DNA from: Raillietiella orientalis
Lineage: Eukaryota
Reading direction: 5' to 3'
DNA: 64,000 nt
Assembly: GCA_036172245.1 (NCBI GenBank)
Contig: JAYWIR010000025.1
Location: 1,922,001-1,986,000 of the forward strand
The notes under the pieces were generated by a model. The model was not told where the DNA came from and ran no database searches. It saw only the letters and a program-made list of their open reading frames with translations. Shown piece by piece: positions 46,354 through 59,053 of this stretch. Each line of letters opens with the position of its first letter. The stretch's first letter is position 1. Made by a program: the position numbers and the translations under genes.

Positions 46354-49300
46354 ATGGAAACCTCTACACATGAAAGGTACCATGTTTGTTTATATTCTGT
46401 ACGTGATTACTCGGCATGTGCTTATTTTACAGCAAATTTTTACTCTACATTCAAGTTCGTGTTTGTAAACATGTGACTTGCACGTAGAAGATTAAATGTC
46501 TAAGATAGGAATGAAATTTGTTCTAATTTGATTAGCTTTCCTCCCAATTTAAGAACCTGAATGTGCAACTATCGTTGCAAACAGTTGGGATTGTTTATGG
46601 AATGTATTGGTGTAACATTTGTTTTCATAGCGAAATGTGATTTAGAATATTCATGCAAAGTGTACTTTCTGTAGAAAAAAAAATGAAAATTGTTTCAAAA
46701 ATGAAATGCCTCAAATACGAATCGAAGAAGGAAAACATGTTCAAGGTAATGAATGATAAGTAATTTGTTAATGATTCGGTGAATTTCACCATTGATGTTT
46801 TTTATTATAAAAGAAAAAGAGACAAATCTACTCTTGAGAGCCATTCTTATTCATCATGCATTAAATAAAATCGTTGCCTAATATTAGTTCTGACTGTTAT
46901 ACCTGTGGTTAAAATGCGTGGTTGTTTTACGACAAAACTGGTAAATATAAACCATTTTGTTCGTAAATTCCGAAAACTTATGGCACAGTAAAAATGTGCA
47001 ACTGAGCAGCAATGCAAACAGTCGAGGTGCAATTTTTTTTCTGTTTGATGATGGCCATTCCGTTTTAATCAGTCTTTTTTTTCTGTTGAATACTGTAGAG
47101 CATTTTAACTTACATTGCATTAACGTAAATCTGCACTGTATATAGATTTGCCAAAATTTATATAGTTCAGTCATGTACCATTTAATTTCAGTCTTTGATA
47201 AATCTAATTTTGATACACCATTTGAGTGGCTGATCTGTGGAGAGAAGAGTATGTATTTTAAAAGCTGGAGTTTTTGTAACCTTTAATCTAATCTCTGCAT
47301 TTGATTTTCTAAGTGATGTCGTATTTTCATTTGGATTTGATTTCAGGCTTAAGCTAATAATTCTGCTTAAGCAGAATAATTTCTGTTAATAATTTCAAGA
47401 TAAAATTCAGGGCTTGTGCTTGCATTCCAAATGTACTAATATCACTTTTTCTTCATAGCTCTGCTTAGTATTTCAATTACTAGTTATTTTCTTAACTGTA
47501 CTCAATCACTGGAGACATTTTATTTATGCATGTGATCAATAAGTTTATAATTGGGAAATTGCATGTTCTTTTGGATGCTTGTTTGTAAAAGAGATCAAGT
47601 AATTTATTTTACTTCTCCACTTCAGGCTTTAAATCTCATGGTCACCAGTCTGCTTGCACTGATGGGTTATTGCTCAAAACAGGTAGACAGACAGCATATA
47701 CAGCTGGAAGGCCTCCCTGGTATGACTGCTCAGGAAACCAGATAGAACCTTTTATTATTGGTGACTAAAATTCTTCTCTGTTATGGTTGGTGATTGTATG
47801 TACGTTAGTGTCCTTAAATGATTATTGAAATCTTTAATGAATATTTACTTAGCTGTTGAGCAGAAGGCTAAGTGAGAACACACCTACTTCCAGGCATCTG
47901 TGGAGGCAGTGCTTCAGGAAAGACATCCGTTGCACAAAAAATAATTGAGGAGATTAATGTACCATGGGTTACACTTTTATCAATGGATAGTTTTTATAAG
48001 GTGTTTATTAGATATTGGAAGGACTGCGGTAATTTCTTTAATAGAATCTTGGAGAAGAAGAAAAATGTCTAGTTGAGAAAAATGAATACAATTTTGACCA
48101 TCCAGATGCATTTGACTTTGATCTTTTGCTGGAAAGTTTGAAAAAACTGAAGGAAGGAAAGAAAATTGAAGTTCCAATATATAATTTTGTGACTCATTCG
48201 CGGGAAAAAAGGACTGTAAGTAACTTATTTTTGGTGCATATTTGAGTAGTTTATTCCAGAAAACCATGTATGGTGCCAATGTAATTATATTTGAAGGTAT
48301 TTTAGCATTTTACAACCCCAAAGTATTAAAAGTAAGGCAGAGATTCTGAATATTTGTAAACTTGTTCGTTTCATGGCAGGTGCTAGACATGAAAGTGTTT
48401 GTTGATACAGATAGTGATGTAAGGTTAGCCCGTCGTTTGAAACGAGACATTTGCTTTCGTGGCCGAGATTTAGAAAGTGTTCTCACTCAGTATGAACGCT
48501 TTGTCAAGCCAGCATTCGATCATTACATTTCTCCATACATGAGGTTTGCTGATATCATTGTTCCTCGTGGAGGGTTGAACATGATAGCAATCAATCTTAT
48601 ATCTGATCATGTTAGGAAACAGCTGTGTGCTGTGAGTTCATGTTGTTTTTTACAATTTAAATCTTATAAGGAGAGAAGAGAGGGTTTAAAGTTCGTGAAA
48701 AGTTGGCACAGTGGCACTCTAATCAGCCTTTGCCTGCTTCGCTTTATGTTGTTAAGGAGACCCCTCAAATTCTAGGGATTCATACAATCATACGAAATAG
48801 GTGTGTCAGCCGTGATGAGTTTATATTTTATTCTAAGAGACTAATGCGCATCCTCATAGAATATGCTCTAACACTGTTGCCACATGAGGTCTGTTGAATG
48901 TTCCATACATTTTGTACGAGTAGGGTTTTTCAGAATCTCATAGTACAAACACATCAAGGGATGCAGTATTCTGGGAAACGGTTAGATCACAGCCGAATAT
49001 GTGCAGTCTCCATTCTTCGAGCAGGGGAAACCATGGAACATGCCATTTGTGATGTGCTGAAGGATGTTCGTATTGGCAAAATACTGATACAAACGAATTC
49101 ACAAACAGATGAGCCAGAGGTAAGGAATTGCAGTTTATTGTACTTTGAGGTTTGGTATCAGCTATTTTATCTGCGCCTACCAAAAGACATTCAGAATTAC
49201 ACTGTATTTCTTTTGGAAGCTACAGTTGGCACTGGAGCTGCAGCCATGATGGCTGTGAGGATACTACTTGATCACGATGTACCAGAAGAAAATATATTTC

Positions 49301-49557
49301 TTCTCTCTCTTCTTATGGCAGAGATTGGTTTGTGTATTCGTTTTCTTAAGTATCCATTGTTGGAGTGTCTTGCAGGCGTTCAATGTATGGCATATGCATT
49401 TCCCAGCATGTATATTGTCACGACTGCAGTGGATCCTGAATTGAATGAGCGATTCTGTATTATGCCGGGTATTGGGAACTTTGGTGATCGTTTCTTTGGG
49501 ACTGAATATGATGATTATGAATTGTCTGAAAGTGAAGAAATTGTTGACTCTGAATAA
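46354..49557 (+). CDS. UCKL1: Uridine-cytidine kinase-like 1 (uridine kinase plus UPRT-like domains), about 524 aa. Exons 46354-46376 (tentative), 46675-46745 (tentative), 47626-47760, 47894-48000, 48045-48215, 48260-48331, 48380-48631, 48679-48888, 48934-49119, 49162-49327, 49376-49557
   Basis: The spliced frame gives [10 protein letters not shown]-loop [114 protein letters not shown] and [14 protein letters not shown]. The first two exons are inferred only from splice signals and phase. Confidence 0.95.
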
Positions 49558-50399
49558 TAACCAGCACATTTTTCATTGATGAGCATGAGTCATTTTTACT
49601 TAGAGAATAGAAACCTTTCTGCTCGTGTATTTTACCATTAAAAAAATGGTACGGAAACGTGATACTGTTTTTTTTAATCTACAGCCTAAAAAACAAAGAA
49701 TTCCTTTCTTGAAGCCCAGATGTAGAGTTTTAAGTTTTAATGGCACATCACAAGGCAAATAAAAATCTGATTTTAGTAAAGTCTATTCAACATGCAGTAT
49801 TTTAGCAGGTCCTGCAGCATGATTTGACATTCAGAAGAAGTTTGTGCTTTCATCTTTCTGTTGGCCTTACATTATGTTTAGGGATGGCACTTGTTGGCAG
49901 CTGGCCTTCAACTATTCAGCATGCGTTACCTCTGCGTTTCGATTCTTTTTTTCAGCATACAGGTTGGCATTGCAAACTAGCCTTAATACTTTTGTCTCCA
50001 GTGGACGAAAGATCCATCAAGTATTTCACGGTTTGATCAAGAGGCCACCCCTCCGATGTAAACCCCAAAGCCTATTTGGAGTGTGGACCGTTGAAATACG
50101 TTTCAATTTTGGACTTTTTGCACTCCTCATGCTACTCTTGGCAAAAAAAAAAATTTCTTCCTCCGTCAGAATCTTTCGTTTTCGATGCCGCATTCATATA
50201 TCCTTCCGCATACGCTCTTATTGCGTCTTTTCTTTCATACAGCGTGTCTACCGTGTGGTTTTGTAATATGTGTGTCCGCTGGTTCGATCCAGTGGCTGAA
50301 TAGCGCGTTTTTGCGTGCGCGGATGCAGTTCTGCGATCGCCTCTTGAAAAAAGGGAAGGACGTTAAGGAAGAACATTGCTTCGAAGAAGATTTTATTTA

Positions 50400-51400
50400 A
50401 GTGTATCCGAGGGTTCAGTTGTCTTCTGCATGCCATCTGTCCTGTGTTCAACATAGCACGACCACATGATGGGGATCGGAAGGATTCGGGAAAAGAAATC
50501 ATCACTTCTCCAGGCTGAAGAAATATTCTTTGTCTCCCTCCTCCATTGCTGCTGCCATTTACTGCAGGGATATCCCTGATCCCAGTGCAGAGTCACCATG
50601 CAGTGTAGGAAAGAGACGAACTCGGACCTTTTATAATCTCCATTCGGACACATTCCTGGACGACACCGTTCCAGTGGACTAAAACACAATAAAAAAGGGT
50701 TGTAGTTCCATTGGACACCCTGAGCTGGAAACGAGAGGCAGGACACATCGGAAGACGTGGAGATTTCGGTAATCCAAATGTGACTCTTGTCTGGTTGCCG
50801 GTGGGCAGTTAGACTTTCCGTACTCTTTCCAAGACAGGCAGACTACTCTTAAAAAACAAACAAATACTCTGAATCGAGATGACATTGCAGTAGTTAGCCA
50901 CGCACTCCCAGAGCAACTTTTCTTTGCCACTTGCGCTCCTCCGGGTTCCATCGGCGCGCATTTCCGTTCAAGTGACGATCCGAATTCACATTTCTTCCAG
51001 CGACCAAGGTCAGAGGAAGCTTTACCATCTCCAAAGTCTGTGGAAGAGCTGTGAGGTTGGCCAGCAAGAGACTAAGAAAGAAGCCGTTCTATCGAGCGCA
51101 TGCAGTCTTTTCCTGAAGGCAAAGGTGTGTAGTAGTCGTCTCTGATGGCCACTTGATGACTCCGGAGACTCTTCTTAAGAAGCGGCGGTTCACGGATGCA
51201 ACGAGTGGTTTGTCCAAAGTCGCTCCCGCAATCTCGAATCTTATCCTTGTGATTCGTGTTCTCTAGTAAAAGTGGTCGTCATCCCCAAAGCGAAAACATC
51301 TGCTTCCACCATCGGTGTACAAAAGCTTTTGTGAGGGGCGAGAGTAGGCACGGAAATCTACTGCAGCCATGTGAACCCTCGGCCTTCAGCAGCAGCAGAT
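50400..51400 (-). mobile_element. Decayed LINE reverse transcriptase relic
   Basis: Minus strand across frames: AFRKR (cf. GFR..R), DFGDGKASSDLGRW (cf. D..KAFD.V.W), GCPMELQPFF (cf. QGCPLSP.LF). No intact ORF. Confidence 0.45.
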
Positions 51401-54400
51401 TGCCCAAACACAATACAAAAACGAAGAGTCGATAGCCCTTTTACAATTGAAAAGGAATTCTCTATGAAAAACTTGAAAGGAGACGAGAAGCAACTGATGG
51501 GAAGGATGTCAAGAAGAGTTCAGGGAACTCATTGACTAAGGGATGACTTCAGAGGCGAGAAAATTTCTTTGCGAAGGCGCACCGGAACTTTCAATCACAC
51601 TTTGATGCGTTTCCTTTGAAAACAAAATCCATTTCAAAGCAAAATTATTCTTAGTGCTCATTCAGAAGTTCTGAAAGCAGACGGGTTCTCTGCTTCTCCA
51701 ATCACTCTTCGATGTGATTTTTTTTTTTACAAACTGCTGCATCCATTCACTTAAGCTTCATCCTCATCTTCAAAAGAATAATCGAGATGCAAAGTGGACA
51801 GTCAGGAATCTGGTTTCCCAACTTTCATCCAGAATGTGACTTGAAAATAGCTTGCACGCAGGAACTTGACGCCAAAAAGATGAAAAGATGAACAAAACGA
51901 TCATTTGGGAACTGTAGAAGAACAAAAGAAATGGTGCTAACGTTTTGCATCGCAAAAGTTCCAGTTCCCAGAAATTGTGGCACAAAATCCAAAAATCAGT
52001 TGATTTTAGGATTTTCCTCAGATGTCCATCAGCCCAGAGGTTTCGGTGCTTCCGTTGTGAGAAGTGACCTGTAGCGGGTTATCCGGGAAATTTCCTGCTG
52101 CAGGATACCATCATGAGAAGCTTGGCTCCCTCGACCTTCACCAATTGGCAGCAGACAACACCGAAACAGCAACATACGGCTGTATTCACTCTTGCCATCT
52201 GACCGTGATGTCCTTTTCGTTTGATTCCTCCCTAAACACGGTCTTTGAAGCTACCTGCTTACATCCTCTTACATCCTTACTTACATCCTCTTTTGGCTCG
52301 TCTTTTAAACACTCAGAGAACACTTTGTTTTTTGTTTTTCGATTCATACCAACAACCGACTGCGCGCATTTGTTGGAAGCTGCAGCGACCAACAAAGCTT
52401 GGGGATATCGAGATTGGGTCAATGTCACTTTGTGCTCTCGGTCCTACTCCATGCTTTGTTTGCCCTTACATGTTTTGCCCCAGTCACAGTTTAAAGCAAC
52501 CATTCAACTGAGCCCGAAGAGAATTCGTTGCCAGTCAGTCATTTTTTTATTAGCGTCTGCTCATCCCTTTTCCTGTCTCGAAACAGCTCCCCTTCACGCG
52601 TTCCAGCCCGGTCGACGTTCCTCGATTCCTGATGCGGAAGATACGCTTCCGCTTCAACTGCCGGCGGCTGGACCCCACGGCTGCCTGTCTGTGGCACGTG
52701 CACGTTCACATCGCGACTCCTCTCTTTCTTAGAGAGATTAATCACGAGAAGACTTTGAGTTTTTGTGTTCAACTCGTTGGTTTGTGGGGATGAAACGGAG
52801 ATGCCCAGATACCTCCCAATGACATGTGTTGTATCCTTGCGGCGGATGGTGGGAAATTCCATCGAATGGGATTGTGAAGCCAAGTCTGAATCTGCACCTC
52901 TGAAGCGCAGCGGCATACATCTTTTCAGACATATCTTAGATTCCTTTCTTTTCAAACCCAGACGATGAGATTAGGGCGAACTGCTACTCAGCGGCGAAAC
53001 GAATGGCCATCCATCATCCGATCTACCGGAGCAAATTGTTTATTCAAGATTGTTTCAGAATTTTCTAGAAAGGATCCACGGAATCACCATGAAACTAGAC
53101 CCCTTTGTAAGATTATCGTCGGTAGCAGGGCCCAAAATAGCGATGACTGAATAACCAGAATTGCTGGTATGGGAACGGGAGCAGCGTTCTTGCAATGCTG
53201 CTCTTTTCCCCATATTAATTCCCACGAAATGGCTTGCATCGCCTTGATTTGCCCACGAGATTTTCCGGCCCTCCCAGGATGTTCTGCTCGATTCTTCTCC
53301 AAGAATGGATGGCACTGCCGAAAAGAGCTCAGGTGGATGGGTTGACGCTGCTTCTCTATTTTGAATACTTCCTTCAAGAACTGTTCGAGTCGGAATGAGG
53401 TGCCAAGAGAAAAAAGTGGATTGTCCCAAGTCTTTTACAGCTAGATACTGTTGCCACGATGCTGGGGACGGGAATCGAGATCGCAGGTTCCTCTTAAGTA
53501 AATGGGCAAATGACCTCGTTTGTATGATCTGGGAAAGACCGGAACCGATTGTGCTCTCGGTTAACTGTCTGTTCGATTCGCAATGCAACTCCTCTACTGC
53601 AGGAGTGTTACGTCTTTCGGGGAGTCTGCTTAGATCACCACCACTTGGAATGCTTTGGTAGAAAAGATAAGCACAGAAACCGAATCGTTCTATTTGAGGA
53701 TGCTAAGATTCCGTGCAAAGTCATCTCGTCGAAGGTCTCCTCCCAAAAGAAAAGCCGAAAACGGAAGAAAATTAATCATCGTTTTCATAAGAACGAATAA
53801 AGTCAAACTTCCACGGATGAGTGGACCGTCAAGAAGAAAAGCCCCCAAAGTAATGGTAGCGCCAACCGTCGTTGACTTCTGTTGGCAGCCTCCCGGTCCT
53901 GAACGGGAAGCACGTGCTTGGGTCCGTCCGAATCGCATTCTTCACTTTTGCCCCTGCGTGGATACGAAACCGGACATTCCAATGCGATGCGATTTCTCGA
54001 GAAGAGGCTCATGAAGGTCCTCAGATCCCACTTTACCCGAGCTGTCTTGCAGACCTGGTCTCGTAGCACCTCGAAAGTGGACGATTCACCTCAAAGCCTG
54101 GAAGGCACGCGCGGAAAGCACTGTGACCTCCTTGTGTTTCATTTCCTGGGGCATCCTCCAAGCTCCATTCTTTCTGGTTTCCGTTCTTTCCCCAATCCTG
54201 AGTGCCCTTTTTGCTCACGCTGTCCTCTTCACTCCTAAAAGAATCACCGGTCCTCTGTCTTCTCTTATAACAAGGGCTTAAGAGTTCTGTCCTCAGATTC
54301 TCGGGATCTCCTGTATTTTTTTTTCTTGTTCACAAATTTTGAATCTCACTTAGCTGGTATGCATCCTTTACCGTCTACGAGCCTGGGAGGCACATGGTAC

Positions 54401-54949
54401 CGTTCTTAGGCAAAAGACTGGTTCCGTAAAGTTAAAGAGTTAGTAAGGTGGCAGCGTGGTTTCTCCTTTAGTCGATTGACGGAAGAAGCTGATTTTATTG
54501 AATCGAGCTACAGCCTGGAGATTCCAAAGAGTTGGCAGTCGCTCCCGCTCAGCGTGCAATAAGCGTTTCCGGAAGGCGAAAAGGTACACTACTGGTTTCT
54601 TTCGCCTGCAGTCAGGTGAGCTTTGGCTAATTTGCAGCAGCAAGCCTGATCTACATTAAAAGCAGCATGCAGCAGCAAGGACTGTTCACACCTGGACTCT
54701 TCTCTTGAGACAAACTCCCGCGAGAGGAGCTCCTTTGCCTACCTTTGCGCTCACAATCGATTCCGGATCCCAGTTCTGCAAGGAAGATTTCCTCTGCTCC
54801 TGGACAGTTGCTAATCTGAAAAATGGGAGGATGGAAAGATGAGATGCTTCAAATCCCCGATGTCAATTGAAACTGAAAGTCTCGACTGAACTAATGGTAC
54901 AGGTAATGCCATGATTGGGACACCATTGAGTACAAGAAGTGCCTCTCTG

Positions 54950-55820
54950 AGGAGGCTTTGAAAAATTCTTCATCGAGAACATGAAAACCCTGCTGGTATA
55001 GACCTAGAGCGGCAAAACAAAGGATAACCTAGACAACAGCTAAGTCCGCGCCATTGACTCTTTCATCCGGACATCTGCCTTTTTGATATCTCGCATCGCG
55101 CTGGGCAGTTCCTCGCGTGTTGTCTTATTGATGAAGTGTAGAAGCGTCGCAGCTTCCGACGACGCTTTCTGTATTCCCTAAAGACGGTGACTTTTGGAGA
55201 CAGAAAATTCGGCAACAAAAAATTCACTCTTCCATTGGACATTGAGGAAATCACATCCCTCTAAAATGCAGTAGATTGGGATAGCTTAAAGCTACTGATG
55301 CACAGAAAACAAGATTCCAGAACGTTTCTGATCAGAGACTCCCTTGGACGCACAGAGAATTCACGGATGGAGATGATGTTTTGCTTTTTGATCGGAGGAA
55401 TCAACAAAAGAGGATGCTCTTCATATTCGAGATCCTCGTTTTAGACAGAGTGATGGAGCTGGAGGAGAAAACGGCTCAGTCCTTGATGGAATTGGGAGCA
55501 AGGCAACAAATATTAGCCAGGTTTGATGATCTCCAATGTGTCTGCTGACAACAAGTAGCCGAAAGAATTTCCGCTTCTAGAACTGGAAGAAATCACTCTA
55601 GGCAGAAAAGGGAAACTCAACACTAAAAAGAATACCGTGAGAGGAATATCGGTGTTTCTGAAGCATTTTTCATTCAGGAACAGTCCAGCAGTTACATGCC
55701 AATAAGGGGTATAATTATTGATCCACATCATTGTGCTCTACACTAATACATATTGAGGCAGAGAGATGGGTTGTCAAAACAGTTGCCCTTGAGTCTATGC
55801 AAGCTCTCAGAGGGATTTGA
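54950..55820 (+). mobile_element. Decayed BEL/Pao-like LTR retrotransposon pol relic, tentative
   Basis: Ordered degenerate motifs: TAKSAPL (cf. AKSRVAPL), PWTH (cf. W.HV), IIIDPHHCALH (cf. LII...H...H), ILRQR (cf. LRQRYWI). No LTRs seen. Confidence 0.4.
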
Positions 55821-58279
55821 AAACATATTCCTCACAAAGAGCAATCTCCAGTCTTCTTCTTAGCAATAGTTTGTTGTTCGTTCTTGGTGGAGAATGCTGG
55901 TGCTCAGTTCAGCAAAGTCGCAGAAGAAACGATTTCTGGGCAGAAGGAAACTTCTGCATTTTTAGGTCACAAGCTAATGGATTCATAAATTAGAAAGCAC
56001 TCCCTACTATAGTCCCTTCACTCTGGTTGCTCCCAACTTTTGAATGAATGAATAAATTCAGGCTCGAATAATTAGTACATTGCAGCTCGAGTCATCTCCC
56101 ATGACCTTTCTGTGAGCTATTTTTTTTTCATGTCAGCATGCAGAGACATTGCTGTTAGAATCAGAAAAAGGTGAAAATTGGTCCGCATTTCTCGCATATT
56201 TATGTTTCTTACCTTTTCAGTGTAATCAAGGTGCCAGCCAATTTCTTGCAGCGTTGGATTGCGTTGTTGAGCCTTTCCGGTTCTTCTTTTATGAATCTTC
56301 AAGTAAGAGAGCAATGTTAGACTTCAGTTCCGAAATGGTGAAAGATAATCAAAAGAGACTGCAATGATGAGGAGAATAAAACTGTCTGGCGTGAATTTTC
56401 AGAACAAATGATTTGGATCAGAAAAAGTTTAGAACTGGAATTCAAGATATGAAGGGGGAAGGGGGATCGGATAGAGTTGCGTATCTATGGTGAATTCATC
56501 GAATTTGCTTTGGAAAAGTTGGCTGCACGAACTGTGCACCCTCCCGGTGACTGGAAGAATTGGGTTAACCGGTGGTTCGTAAGAAGGCATCGTCGACTGC
56601 ACACTGAGGCCTTGCATGGGTTGCATTCGCGTCAAGGGACCAGGGTTTGAGCTGCTAAGCAGTGAGCATCTTTTGGGATGCATCCTGCGAACTGCAGCAG
56701 CTGCTCTCCTGGAAATGTACTTTCCGAGGCCTACAGTGTACGGATAGTTCCTCTTAGACATTTGTTTAGACGGAGCTGTGCTTGGTGCTCGCAAACGAGC
56801 AACACGATTCATTACTCAACCCTGCACGTATCAGGAAACTCAGGTGCGTGAGGAGAAGATCTGCACTCTGCTTTCGAAAAGGACTCCGATGAAAGACAGC
56901 AAGTACAGGCAATACCATTCGGGTCACAAGGGATGCCTTTTAACACTATCTCGATTGATCTTTTATAGTTCCTTCCATGTCTTTGTGGCATTCTCATGAC
57001 CTCTTCTCTCATGATTCCCAGAAATTGCAGACGGTGGCTCACTGCTTCCAGGAAGAAATTTTCTTTTTAAGATATATTGTGTCCCATTTACAGGTGCTCT
57101 CGGTGCTATGAAATCCACAGATAGATCATGTCCGGTGTGTTCAATACACTAGTCATCTTTTGTTTTGTTTTTCATATTCCAGGGATAAGGATCGAGCAGC
57201 AAGGGACCGAAACCATGTGGATATTTTTCAGTTTCTTTCTCTCTGAGAATGGTGGAACTCTGATTTGCTCCGATTTGCTGCTGCTGTATTTTGGGGCTCA
57301 GCATCAGCCGTTCCGAGTTCCAGCCGGACGAGACCAACGTGACCGCGGGCACATCATTCGTAGAGCGACACGTTGCGTTTCCGGATGAAGACTCTCCTCT
57401 GAATCGTATCTCTTTCTTGTACTGATCTTCTGAAGAACTAATGCATCTTTGGACAGATTCGTCTGAAAAAAATCTAAAGGCTTCGCCATTTGTGGCACAT
57501 TGATGGTTTCTGGCGTGGCGCTGACGGAGAAGTATCTCTGCAAAGCAAATTCCAGTGCGCATCCGCAAAGATTGACGTATCTACGCAGCAGCAACACATG
57601 AGGCACTCAAATGCACTGTTCCTCTTTCTTCATCGGCCAACACTTATTTTTTAATGTTGCTGCCTCTACGATATGGCTTGCTTGGGAACCGAGCATTTTC
57701 TCTGAGCATCTTTGAAGGACATCCATCTTCTCGACAGAATGAGAATTTCGTAACGAGGCAGTAGAGTTTTCGCAGCAACGTTTATTCACATCTCTGGGTT
57801 CATTCCGCGTACGGCCTATGTATTCCTCTTCGGCATTTTCCACAAAACGTTGCAGAGCCGCAGAGAAGAATCTTTCTCTTGAAATTCCCCTTTCGGGTGA
57901 GATTTCTCTCCTTTTCCAGTCATTGCATTCTCTTCCACTTTTCGCCGATGCTCCGGTGTTTTTGAGAATGTAAATCCCAACGGAATATCCGTATTGCAGT
58001 CAAGGCTCCCAGCATGGACCCGACTTCCGTCTCTCCAGCCAGCTGACTCAGCTGTCCGATTGTCCTTGTGGTGAGTTCTTCCGTGTTTTACACCGTGGTC
58101 CAACGTAAATGGAGCCGTTCTGCTACCCCTTTCGAACACATTGTACCCTACCTAACAAGCAGGGGTCATACCGCAGTGCAGCAGATGCTTCCTCGAGCAA
58201 CTAATTAAAAGGTGTCCAACACTGCCCCATTTTGGCGGTCCGGTAGCAGCTTCGTTAAGTAAATTGGATTTGGGCAAAC

Positions 58280-58560
58280 AAGTAGATCAGAGTTTGGAGC
58301 ATGATACCCTTTTTGGGGGGGAGCTGAGTACTGGGGGGGATTCAATCCCTAGCTCAATGGAAGCTTCTGTTGAAAACGGCCTCCACCTTCCAAAGTGGAA
58401 GATCAACAGCTTGAGCACAATCAACTGCAGTCAGTCAGGCTTCTGGAGAGAAGCCTTCCATGGTTTGAAAATAGCCTCGTTTTTCCTGAGCAGCGGAACG
58501 AGCGATCGGACAGTGTGCTGTCCATCCAAAAAAAAAATGGGAGCGAAAATTCTGCCAAGC
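58280..58560 (+). mobile_element. Possible LINE apurinic-endonuclease relic
   Basis: gtactgggggggattcaat resembles a frameshifted VLGGDFN. It is followed by GFWRE (cf. DxWR) and SDR (cf. SDH). Confidence 0.3.
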
Positions 58561-59053
58561 AAACGAAGCGAAGGGACGAACAAGCCCAAGCTCCTAGAAG
58601 AGTTGTTTGCATTGCTCAAGCCGGAAGTGCAGCACGCCAGGTATTCCCAGAAAGGACACATTGATTAAACATTTCCATCCTGCTACTTTTCAGTGAAGGT
58701 ACTCGACAGCTGGTCAGAAAGTTGCAACGGAATGATTTTTTTTTTTTTTTCAGATGCATTTTTGGACGAGAAAGAACCTGCGAGTTTACTTAGAAACACG
58801 TGGGTTGCTTCTGTTCAAATGCGAATCCTGGATCACTGTAACAGACAGTGGCTTACAAAGGGAAGATGAAGATGATGGAGTTTCTACATCCTGGGGTTTG
58901 CCACGGCTTATTTCTCGATCGTTCCCTACACCTAATTCTTGCTACGGAGTGTTCACATTAGAGAGAGGAAAAGATGGATTTTGAGAATAACTCGTTCGTC
59001 TGAAGTGGCAAAGAAAGCTCCTTTTGGGGACGCACATGCATGAAGCGACTTAC

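Noticed and set aside
52230..52315. Minus-strand CLKDEPKEDVSKDVRGCKQV resembling the missing SRCIN1-family FLKDEP exon
   Set aside because: There is no acceptor in the required phase, and the sequence is largely a tandem aggatgtaag repeat.
58590..58660. Minus-strand FLGIPGVLHFRLEQCKQLF* as an alternative candidate for the same missing exon
   Set aside because: There is no in-phase acceptor, an immediate stop follows, and it lies beside a possible + strand LINE relic.
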